Source: Escherichia phage p000v
Strand: one strand, 5' to 3'
Sequence record: NC_055781.1
Length of the DNA stretch: 64,000 nt
A model generated the notes under the pieces. It had not been told where the DNA came from. It saw only the letters and a list, made by a program, of their open reading frames with translations, and made no database searches. A program made the position numbers and the translations under genes. Position 1 is the first letter of the stretch. Every line of letters starts with the position of its first letter. Positions 56,396-64,000 of the stretch are shown here, piece by piece.

Positions 56396-57031
56396 ATGAA
56401 AACTACACCAATCACTATCGCTATTGACGCAATCGTAAAACAAGCTTCATCTCTTGCCACTATGGCTAAAGTAATTAGTCAAAACTCTGCCCGATATAAT
56501 GCTATTCTTGAAACTCTTCGTCGCCCTGGACTGAGTAATTATGAAAGCCGAGTAATTATTACAGGTGTTGGTAAGAACGCTAATATCGCAACTAAAGCTT
56601 CCGAGACTTTTGCTTCACTAGGTATTCCTAGCATGTATTTGAACACCGGGCATTATTCTCATGGCGACGCAGGATTTATTGCACCTAATGATGTATTAGT
56701 TCACATCAGTCGTTCTGGTAAGACTGAAGAAATGATAGGTGTTGCTAAACATCTTCGTATGATTCGTCCTCAGGTTAAACAGATTCTGTTACATTGTAAC
56801 CCTGACATTCCGCAAGAATACGAAGCTCTTTTTGATTATACGTTCTGTACAGGCATCGCGGTAGAGGTTGATGAGAATTCTCTGGCTCCGACCATGTCCA
56901 CTACATTGTTGTTAGCGCTTATCGATACGTTTGCTATCAACCTTTCGTCTGAACGTGGATTTACCTCTAATGACTTCCTTAAGTTCCACCCTGGTGGTGC
57001 ACTAGGTGCCATGTTACGAGGCGAACAATGA
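56396..57031 (+). CDS. SIS-domain sugar-phosphate isomerase (KdsD/GutQ-like, no CBS domains)
   Basis: VIITGVGKNANIATKASETFASLGIPS, HGDAGF, ISRSGKTEE, HPGGALGAM motifs parallel arabinose-5-phosphate isomerase SIS domain. Confidence 0.8.
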   Translation: MKTTPITIAIDAIVKQASSLATMAKVISQNSARYNAILETLRRPGLSNYESRVIITGVGKNANIATKASETFASLGIPSMYLNTGHYSHGDAGFIAPNDVLVHISRSGKTEEMIGVAKHLRMIRPQVKQILLHCNPDIPQEYEALFDYTFCTGIAVEVDENSLAPTMSTTLLLALIDTFAINLSSERGFTSNDFLKFHPGGALGAMLRGEQ

Positions 57032-57171
57032 AAGCAATAACAATAGGACTTTTACTATTGATGCTTGTCATGACTATCTACTGGAGCTTAACGGCTCCAG
57101 TAATGATTCCGACTCTTATAATCGGATGGATTATGATTGGACTACAAGCAAAGTATGAATGCTTTAACTAG
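57028..57171 (+). CDS. small membrane peptide (47 aa)
   Basis: Not in track; ATGA-coupled to SIS gene; two hydrophobic segments; position recalls T4 imm. Confidence 0.4.
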   Translation: MKAITIGLLLLMLVMTIYWSLTAPVMIPTLIIGWIMIGLQAKYECFN

Positions 57172-57212
57172 AATAGTGTACAATACACCTACTTACCAAT
57201 GAGGACTTCAAC

Positions 57213-58898
57213 ATGAAAAAAGCTGTTATTCTTGGTGCTGGACTGGCAACTCGTTTGTATCCAATAACGCACCATATTCCTAAGGTGCTTGTTAACTATA
57301 AACAAGACACTATTCTGAGCAATTTGTATACAATTTATTCTGACCTTGGCGCAGATGAAATTATTGTAGTAGTTCATTCAAAATTTGCTGAAACTGTTCG
57401 AGCTTATTGCGAGCAAGAAGGGTTCAATGTGACTATTCGTACAGTTGATGAAGCGTATGGTTCTGCTTATGCTCTTGCTAAATTATACAAAGATTTAGAT
57501 GGCCATAACGTAATTGTTAACTGGTGTGATATTATTCCTGACTTTGGTTCATGGTCTTGGAATGTTAACGCAATCTATGTTAAGGGTGATGAATGTCGAT
57601 ATAATTTCGATGGTGAAAATATCACTAACGTAGGTTCAACAGGTGGTAATGTTGTAGGAATTTATCAGTTCAAAGACTGGGAATTCTACATGGGTTCTAC
57701 TGATGAGGAAATTCACGAATACTGCAAAGGTCGTGATTTCGTAGAATTCCTTTACGGCAGTGCATTCAATAAATCAGAGCTTATGAATCTAATTGATTTA
57801 GGTGATATGCCTAAACTTGAAAAGGCTCATGAAGTTCGTGAACTGAATCGTAGTTTTAATGCAGTTGAAATTGGCGAAGAAACTGTAACTAAATTCGCGT
57901 TAACCGAACAAGGTCGAGCTCTTCAAAAAGATGAGATTTCATGGTATTTGAAAGTGAAATCAGATTCAGTTCCTCAGTTAGTTTCGGTAAATGAAAATAA
58001 TTTTGAAATGGAACGTATTAAAGGTAAGCCGGCATTTGAATATATTAAATCCAAATCAAGTCTTGCTCGTCCACAAATTGTTGATGCAATTTTAGATGCA
58101 CTGAAATTCAGCACGGACACTTATTTTGTAAGTCCTGAAACTGTTCGCCGTGATTTCACTAAAGAGTTCTATACGAAAGTTATTGATCGTTGTGAAAGCA
58201 TTCAGCCATTGATTGATTCATTTGGTAAAATCACACGTGTGAACTACACTAAGATTGGACGTCTGAAGCCAATGTTGAAACAAGCTTTAGAACATCTTAT
58301 TCGTTATCATAACCGTTCTCAGGGACAGTACTCTGTTATTCATGGTGACCCGAACTTCAGTAATACTATGATTACCGATAACGGCGAAGTCAAGTTTATC
58401 GACCCTCGTGGATATTTTGGTGAAACCAAGATTTACGGGCCAAAATTGTATGATGAAGCTAAAGTGCTTTATGCTGTTTCAGGTTATGATGAATTCAATG
58501 CTAATCCGACCTGGGGTCAGTTTACTATTGATGAAACAACTTGTAATGTGACTATTAACATCAATCCATTAGTTTACAAATATGGAAAGATGAGTTCGTT
58601 TAACGAGTATCATCATTTGGCAGTAGCAATTATCTGGATTGCATTAGGTGGTTATTTCAAGAATAATCCACTTAAAGCGGTTGCCGCATATTATAAAGGT
58701 ATGGAACTTCTGACTAAGCAATTACGTAACATGGGCCGTGTACTTCAAGACGGCTCTATTAGTTATGACGTAGCAGAACCTGTAACGGCTACTCTGATTA
58801 CAAAAAATCCTGGTAAATGGGTACTAACTGATAAAGAAACTGGTGTTTCCTATCGTCCAATCGGCGGCGATATCACTCATCAATGGGAACGAATCTAA
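57213..58898 (+). CDS. bifunctional sugar-1-phosphate nucleotidyltransferase / APH-like sugar kinase
   Basis: N-terminal ILGAGLATRLYPIT (RmlA/GalU-type); C-terminal HGDPNFSNTMI...VKFIDPRG (aminoglycoside/choline-kinase fold); 561 aa. Confidence 0.8.
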   Translation: MKKAVILGAGLATRLYPITHHIPKVLVNYKQDTILSNLYTIYSDLGADEIIVVVHSKFAETVRAYCEQEGFNVTIRTVDEAYGSAYALAKLYKDLDGHNVIVNWCDIIPDFGSWSWNVNAIYVKGDECRYNFDGENITNVGSTGGNVVGIYQFKDWEFYMGSTDEEIHEYCKGRDFVEFLYGSAFNKSELMNLIDLGDMPKLEKAHEVRELNRSFNAVEIGEETVTKFALTEQGRALQKDEISWYLKVKSDSVPQLVSVNENNFEMERIKGKPAFEYIKSKSSLARPQIVDAILDALKFSTDTYFVSPETVRRDFTKEFYTKVIDRCESIQPLIDSFGKITRVNYTKIGRLKPMLKQALEHLIRYHNRSQGQYSVIHGDPNFSNTMITDNGEVKFIDPRGYFGETKIYGPKLYDEAKVLYAVSGYDEFNANPTWGQFTIDETTCNVTININPLVYKYGKMSSFNEYHHLAVAIIWIALGGYFKNNPLKAVAAYYKGMELLTKQLRNMGRVLQDGSISYDVAEPVTATLITKNPGKWVLTDKETGVSYRPIGGDITHQWERI

Positions 58899-59284
58899 TG
58901 CACCGTGTAGAAAACATGCTTAATCTTTGTTTTGATGTCGATGATTGTATAACAGAGTGGAATAACAATCGTGATTACGTGAACTTCAAACCAGACGTCG
59001 AAATGGTGTCTGCCATTAATGCCCTGTATGATGCAGGGCATACCATAACGCTTTACACTGCCCGTGGTATGAAGTCGGTAGGTCCTGGTCGTATAGCAAT
59101 TGACATTCTCCCAAGTCTGATTCAGAACTTGGAAAACATTGGTTTGAAGTACCATAATTTGCTAACACATAAACCAGTATATGATTGGATTATCGACGAC
59201 AAAGCTATGCGTCCTGACGAATTCAAAGCTCTTATGAATAAAGGCGAATTCGAAACATTTAAATCATATAAACCAAATCTATAA
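58898..59284 (+). CDS. HAD-superfamily phosphatase-like protein
   Basis: N-terminal FDVDDCIT (DxD motif I) and later K...DD; start taken at ATG overlapping upstream stop (TAATG). Confidence 0.55.
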   Translation: MHRVENMLNLCFDVDDCITEWNNNRDYVNFKPDVEMVSAINALYDAGHTITLYTARGMKSVGPGRIAIDILPSLIQNLENIGLKYHNLLTHKPVYDWIIDDKAMRPDEFKALMNKGEFETFKSYKPNL

Positions 59285-59341
59285 TAATTTAAGTAAGACC
59301 TGCAAAAACCATCGCATCAATTAACGCGAGATGCAAAAAAA

Positions 59342-60502
59342 ATGAATACTTTTAAAATCGGAACGAATTTTGATTTAGCTCTTCTTGATAAAATCGTAGA
59401 GCTCAATAAAACCTATCCTAATAGCTTGATAAACGAAGTATATGGCTCTACAAGAGAAATGGCTTTTGTAGCAGCCAGACCTGATTTTAGGCTTCCTGAC
59501 GTTGACAAAAAGATGTTAGAAGACTACGTTAAACGTTGTAACGAATTAGGTATTTGCTTTAACTATACACTCAACACGATAAATCCTGGTTCAAAAAGAG
59601 AACTAGTTGAGTGGAAGAAGAAAGCTATTCAGGATTATGTTCAGTATCTTTGGTCAATAGGCGTATGGCGTATTACTATCGCTAACCCTGTTGTTATGGA
59701 AATTGTTCGTGAAGTCAATAAAGATATTGAGATTGAAGTTTCAACAATTCTACATGTCGATGCGGTAACTCAAATCAAATACTTACATGACCAATATAAC
59801 ATCAAAAAGGTCTGTTGCGGAATTCATAAGAACCGTTCAGTTTCTTTCCTGAAGCGTGCAGCAGAGTTTTGCAATAAGAACAATATAATATTTGAAGTTC
59901 TTGTAAATGAGTTCTGTTCTAATGCTGGTAAAGGGTATACAACACATTGTAGTTATCGTGACTCTTGCTATATTTTCCATAGTACTGATGTTACCGCTGA
60001 TGATGCTAAATCCTTAAATGGATATCCTATGCAGCACTGTATTAAAGCTCGTGATACAGACCCATTTAACTGGTTGAGAACTCGTTTTGTTCGTCCTCAA
60101 GATTTGAAACTTTATAATGATATTGGTATCACTCAATTCAAAGTTTCAGGACGTACAGGTAGCACAGACTACATTTTGAAAGTTCTTGAAGCATACGCTT
60201 CTGAAAAGTTTGAAGGTAATTTGTTAGAACTGTGGAAGCCTTTAGAGACTATTTTCACTCTTGAAAATGAGACTGAGTTTTCACATACAGTAAATATTGA
60301 AACCTCTTTGTTAGATGGCTTTTTAGAAAAAAGGTGGTTCAGACATCCAGATTTTGATTGTGCTAATGAAATCTGTGGGTCAACGTGTACATATTGTGAA
60401 AGGTATTATAAACGTCAATTATCTAAAAACGGGTTAGCAGAAAACTCCATATCTATTATTGATATAACTAACTCTGATGACGCTTTGAGGTACCCGGAAT
60501 GA
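59342..60502 (+). CDS. Cys-rich protein, possible peptidase-U32-like Fe-S enzyme
   Basis: EVLVNEFCSNAGKGYTTHCSYRDSCYIF and C-terminal CANEICGSTCTYC clusters; resemblance to U32 signature is partial. Confidence 0.6.
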   Translation: MNTFKIGTNFDLALLDKIVELNKTYPNSLINEVYGSTREMAFVAARPDFRLPDVDKKMLEDYVKRCNELGICFNYTLNTINPGSKRELVEWKKKAIQDYVQYLWSIGVWRITIANPVVMEIVREVNKDIEIEVSTILHVDAVTQIKYLHDQYNIKKVCCGIHKNRSVSFLKRAAEFCNKNNIIFEVLVNEFCSNAGKGYTTHCSYRDSCYIFHSTDVTADDAKSLNGYPMQHCIKARDTDPFNWLRTRFVRPQDLKLYNDIGITQFKVSGRTGSTDYILKVLEAYASEKFEGNLLELWKPLETIFTLENETEFSHTVNIETSLLDGFLEKRWFRHPDFDCANEICGSTCTYCERYYKRQLSKNGLAENSISIIDITNSDDALRYPE

Positions 60503-60738
60503 TTTCTAGAAAAAGTTTTAATTATAAACTTAACGAAGAGATTTTGACTATGAAACTGAACACTAACGAACAAATTCTTAAAAAGGCCCTTATGGGCCTG
60601 TTTGAAACCAAAGCGGCTAAAGTGATTAAAGAACCTGTTCAATTGGAATACTACGCTGATGCATTTCTTCATAGTGTTCTTGGAAGTATCGATGCTGAAG
60701 CTTTACGTTATATCAACATTGTCAAGAAATTCAAATAA
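60499..60738 (+). CDS. hypothetical protein
   Basis: 79-aa ORF, ATGA-coupled. Confidence 0.5.
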   Translation: MISRKSFNYKLNEEILTMKLNTNEQILKKALMGLFETKAAKVIKEPVQLEYYADAFLHSVLGSIDAEALRYINIVKKFK

Positions 60739-60780
60739 GCTTTACGAATTGAGTATATAATAAATTGTATTGAGGTAAAC

Positions 60781-61497
60781 ATGGGAAAACATAACACAAT
60801 GAAATATATCAAAGCCGCAGATTTTCAAACCGCATTTAAAGCAGTCAATCGTGAAATTTTAGAAAACCCGGAATTCGTAACTGATTCTCGTATTGGACGT
60901 TGTAATGAAATTGGGTCTATGACAGTAGTTGTTGACACTCCATCATCATTCAAAATGACCGACCCACGTATTAACCGCATCTCTTATGAATATGCCGAAG
61001 ACTTCTGGAAGTTTATGATTTCTGGTGGTACCAACGCAGAAGAAGCGTTTAAGGCATATCCTAATGTCGCTAAATTTATTTCTAAACCAAAATCAGATGT
61101 TTTGCCGGCGAACTTCAACACTTTCTATGGTCCTCGCATTGCGGCCCAATTACCAACTCTTCTAAAAGAACTTAAAGAGAAGCCTAACTCCCGAAGAGTT
61201 GTGTTCCAAATTCTAGAAAGTTCTGATCAGGCTTTGCTTGATTCGGACGAAACACTTGAATATCCATGTACTGACTCAGTAACTTATTATATTCGTGATG
61301 GTAAGCTTTATACCCACTGTCATATGCGTTCTCAGAACTGTGCTGTTGTTATGCAGTTGGATTTTTATCTCCAAGGAAAATTACTTCATTATATCGCTAA
61401 CGAATGCGGTGTAGAAGTTGGTGATTATACTCATACCATGGTAAGTGCCCATGTGTTTGAACGTGATTTTGATTATGTTAAAGGATTCCTTGACTAA
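60781..61497 (+). CDS. 42: pyrimidine hydroxymethylase, dCMP hydroxymethylase gp42-like (thymidylate synthase fold)
   Basis: YPCTDSVTYYIRDGKL and HMRSQNCAVVMQLDFY align with T4 gp42 catalytic Cys region and Asp specificity residue as recalled. Confidence 0.75.
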   Translation: MGKHNTMKYIKAADFQTAFKAVNREILENPEFVTDSRIGRCNEIGSMTVVVDTPSSFKMTDPRINRISYEYAEDFWKFMISGGTNAEEAFKAYPNVAKFISKPKSDVLPANFNTFYGPRIAAQLPTLLKELKEKPNSRRVVFQILESSDQALLDSDETLEYPCTDSVTYYIRDGKLYTHCHMRSQNCAVVMQLDFYLQGKLLHYIANECGVEVGDYTHTMVSAHVFERDFDYVKGFLD

Positions 61498-62396
61498 TGG
61501 CTATTTTCCGCGTACCAATCTTGAGTATGCGGTCTTATGAAACTGGACAGTATGCTATCCTTAAGGATGGCAACTTCCAACTTCATTTGCACCGTGCTAA
61601 TCCGGGTGATGTGATTACATATCCACGTAATGCATCTGATATTAAAGAATGCGAACGTCTTTTCCCAGAATTTAAGTTTGTTCCATTATGGTATAAAGAT
61701 AACGCGTATAACACTCGTAAATATTTCTGGACTGAAAATGAATTTGTGGTTGATTCATTAATTGATTATTATGATTGTGATTTTCTAATCACAGATATCA
61801 CTGGTTATGGTGGCGCTTTTGATGTGGAATTCAATTTCAATATCACTGCAGACCCTAATAAACCACGTTTTTATATTGATGAATTCTTAAAAACCGACAT
61901 GTTGTCTGTTAATCGTTCACTTCAAACTACTGTGTTGAATGAACGTCAAAAAGAAGTGCTGGTTAACGCAGGTGCAGATGGTAATAAGATTATCGTAACG
62001 CAGAAAGTTATACGTCCTTCCATCATGCAGCGTCTTGTAGGTGATTTGGCTCCTATTCATCTAGATGGTATTTTTCATCCATTTCGAATTAGTGACCCAT
62101 GTTATCGTTTTGAACAAGTGGTTGAATGTGCAATTCAATTAGGTCAACCGCTTTATATAACCGATCCAAATAATAGCTTCGACAGAAATAAGTATCCTGA
62201 AGAAGCGCTGATTCGAATTTTTAAACCAACTAAAACTGAGTACTATCAAATTCTTAAAGGACGTCCGAAAATTCAATATTTCGAAAATCCTGAAGAAGTA
62301 TTCCATCCAGGTCTTGGTGAGTTCATCTACTTTAATGCTTTAATTTCTTCGCCGTATAATATACCTAAATACGAAGATGTCGTAATCGAGGAATAA
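61497..62396 (+). CDS. hypothetical protein in beta-glucosyltransferase position (candidate DNA glycosyltransferase)
   Basis: 299-aa ORF between gp42-like gene and uvsX; no motif recognised; function inferred from synteny only. Confidence 0.6.
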   Translation: MAIFRVPILSMRSYETGQYAILKDGNFQLHLHRANPGDVITYPRNASDIKECERLFPEFKFVPLWYKDNAYNTRKYFWTENEFVVDSLIDYYDCDFLITDITGYGGAFDVEFNFNITADPNKPRFYIDEFLKTDMLSVNRSLQTTVLNERQKEVLVNAGADGNKIIVTQKVIRPSIMQRLVGDLAPIHLDGIFHPFRISDPCYRFEQVVECAIQLGQPLYITDPNNSFDRNKYPEEALIRIFKPTKTEYYQILKGRPKIQYFENPEEVFHPGLGEFIYFNALISSPYNIPKYEDVVIEE

Positions 62397-62397
62397 A

Positions 62398-62946
62398 ATG
62401 GCTAAAATTATTTTAGTAGATGGCCCGGATAATGCCGGTAAAACAACTTTCATTAATGACATAATGGAAATTAGTGAAAGATATGTAAAGATTGATTTCC
62501 CTAAACGAACAGTTGATGGACGTTTCGATGTTAAGTCTCGAAATGAAGTTGGCTGTTTCGAAACGATGTTGAATTATTTAGACCCTACTAAGATTTATCT
62601 GTTAGACCGTGGATATATTAGTAACTGGGTTTATGGACGTATTCGACAAGATGCGGACTCGATTCTTGACGTTTATGAACAGGACTATGTTCGTCTTTGC
62701 CAAAACCATGATGTGTTCACAATTATTTTAACACGTAACGAAATGACTGAAAGTTTTGAAGACGACCTTATTACTTTGTCTTCATTCGGTTTTAATACAG
62801 TCATTTCACATTTTGAAGAGTTTGCAATTCATAACAAAATCCAAACATATCAATTACTTAATCATGATGGTGCTAACAAAGTTATAGGATTTAATGCAAG
62901 CGAACGTAATGGTTTGATTACAGAAATCATCAAATGGGCTCGTTAA
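62398..62946 (+). CDS. P-loop kinase-like protein
   Basis: Walker A GPDNAGKTT near N-terminus; 182 aa; dNK/thymidylate-kinase-like size. Confidence 0.65.
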   Translation: MAKIILVDGPDNAGKTTFINDIMEISERYVKIDFPKRTVDGRFDVKSRNEVGCFETMLNYLDPTKIYLLDRGYISNWVYGRIRQDADSILDVYEQDYVRLCQNHDVFTIILTRNEMTESFEDDLITLSSFGFNTVISHFEEFAIHNKIQTYQLLNHDGANKVIGFNASERNGLITEIIKWAR

Positions 62947-63045
62947 GAGCCTGTTTAAAGTTTTAAATGCTGTATAACCCTTAGTATATAATCGTTTTAT
63001 CTTTTAAACATGAGTAAAATATAATGATGCCTATGGAAAAATACA

Positions 63046-64000
63046 ATGTCTGATTTAAAATCTCGTCTGATTAAAGCTTCTACTTCTAAAATGACTGCAG
63101 ACTTGACTAAGTCTAAGCTGTTTAATAATCGTGATGAAGTCCCTACTCGTATTCCGATGTTGAATATTGCACTAGGTGGTGCTCTGAATGCAGGATTGCA
63201 ATCAGGCTTGACTATTTTTGCTGCACCTTCTAAACACTTTAAAACGCTGTTTGGACTAACTATGGTTGCAGCGTATATGAAGAAATATAAAGATGCAATC
63301 TGTTTGTTCTATGACTCAGAATTTGGTGCTTCAGAATCTTATTTTCGTTCAATGGGTGTTGATTTAGACCGTGTAGTTCATACACCAATTCAGTCCGTCG
63401 AACAACTTAAAGTTGATATGACTAATCAGCTTGACGCGATTGAACGCGGTGATAAAGTTATTATCTTTATCGATTCAATCGGTAATACTGCATCTAAGAA
63501 AGAAACCGAAGATGCATTGAATGAGAAAGTCGTAGGTGATATGTCTCGTGCTAAGGCACTTAAATCTCTGTTCCGTATTGTGACCCCGTATCTGACTATT
63601 AAAGATATTCCGTGTGTTGCAATCAACCATACAGCAATGGAAATCGGCGGACTATATCCTAAAGAGATTATGGGTGGTGGTACAGGTATTCTTTATTCTG
63701 CCAACACGGTATTTTTTATCTCTAAACGTCAGGTTAAAGAAGGTACAGAATTGACCGGTTATGACTTCACGTTGAAAGCAGAAAAATCTCGTACAGTTAA
63801 AGAGAAATCTACTTTCCCGATCACGGTTAATTTCGATGGTGGTATCGACCCATTCAGTGGCTTGCTAGAAATGGCAACTGAAATCGGTTTTGTGGTTAAG
63901 CCTAAAGCTGGTTGGTATGCTCGTGAATTCCTTGACGAAGAAACAGGTGAAATGATTCGTGAAGAAAAATCATGGCGTGCTAAAGCTACTGATTGTGTAG
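63046..64000 (+). CDS. uvsX: RecA-like recombinase UvsX, N-terminal portion (continues beyond window)
   Basis: MSDLKSRLIKASTSKMTADLTKSKLFNN...; colinear with T4 UvsX; Walker A GLTIFAAPSKHFKT. Confidence 0.93.
   Translation, partial: MSDLKSRLIKASTSKMTADLTKSKLFNNRDEVPTRIPMLNIALGGALNAGLQSGLTIFAAPSKHFKTLFGLTMVAAYMKKYKDAICLFYDSEFGASESYFRSMGVDLDRVVHTPIQSVEQLKVDMTNQLDAIERGDKVIIFIDSIGNTASKKETEDALNEKVVGDMSRAKALKSLFRIVTPYLTIKDIPCVAINHTAMEIGGLYPKEIMGGGTGILYSANTVFFISKRQVKEGTELTGYDFTLKAEKSRTVKEKSTFPITVNFDGGIDPFSGLLEMATEIGFVVKPKAGWYAREFLDEETGEMIREEKSWRAKATDCV

Overview
This window reads as a T4-like (Tevenvirinae) phage genome segment, about 35-38% GC, assigned by reading the six-frame translations against T4 protein sequences recalled from memory; no database search was run. 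Minus strand at the left end carries the baseplate genes 7 (partial), 6, 5.4, 5.1, 5 and 53. From about 6.2 kb everything is on the plus strand in T4 order: gene 4, a GIY-YIG endonuclease, 2, 3, 1, 57A, 57B, an internal-protein locus, one tRNA(CAU), a second GIY-YIG endonuclease, an ORF-free stable-RNA-like region, a long hyperplastic stretch of small ORFs containing nudE, e, denV, further internal proteins, a GrcA homolog, tk and rI, then nrdC, 49, nrdD, nrdG, 55, 47, 46, rpbA, 45, 44, 62, regA, 43 and the start of uvsX. The DNA polymerase is 903 aa, which by my recollection matches RB69-type rather than T4-type phages (unverified). The most interesting region is 56.4-63.0 kb: between gene 43 and uvsX, where T4 has imm, 42 and beta-gt, sits a cassette with a KdsD-like SIS isomerase, a fused sugar-1-phosphate nucleotidyltransferase/kinase, a HAD-like phosphatase, a Cys-rich 386-aa protein, a gp42-like hydroxymethylase, a 299-aa protein in the beta-gt position and a P-loop kinase, and no alpha-gt is present between 47 and 55. 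I read this as a candidate nucleotide-sugar synthesis and hmC glycosylation system. Other notable items are a TARG1/DarG-type macrodomain ORF lacking an ATG start, six proteins with the T4 capsid-targeting leader, a 57B protein with 2H-phosphoesterase motifs, and recurring early-promoter/inverted-repeat cassettes including one exact 45-bp repeat 29 kb apart. All coordinates for regulatory elements were hand-counted and may be off by a base or two.
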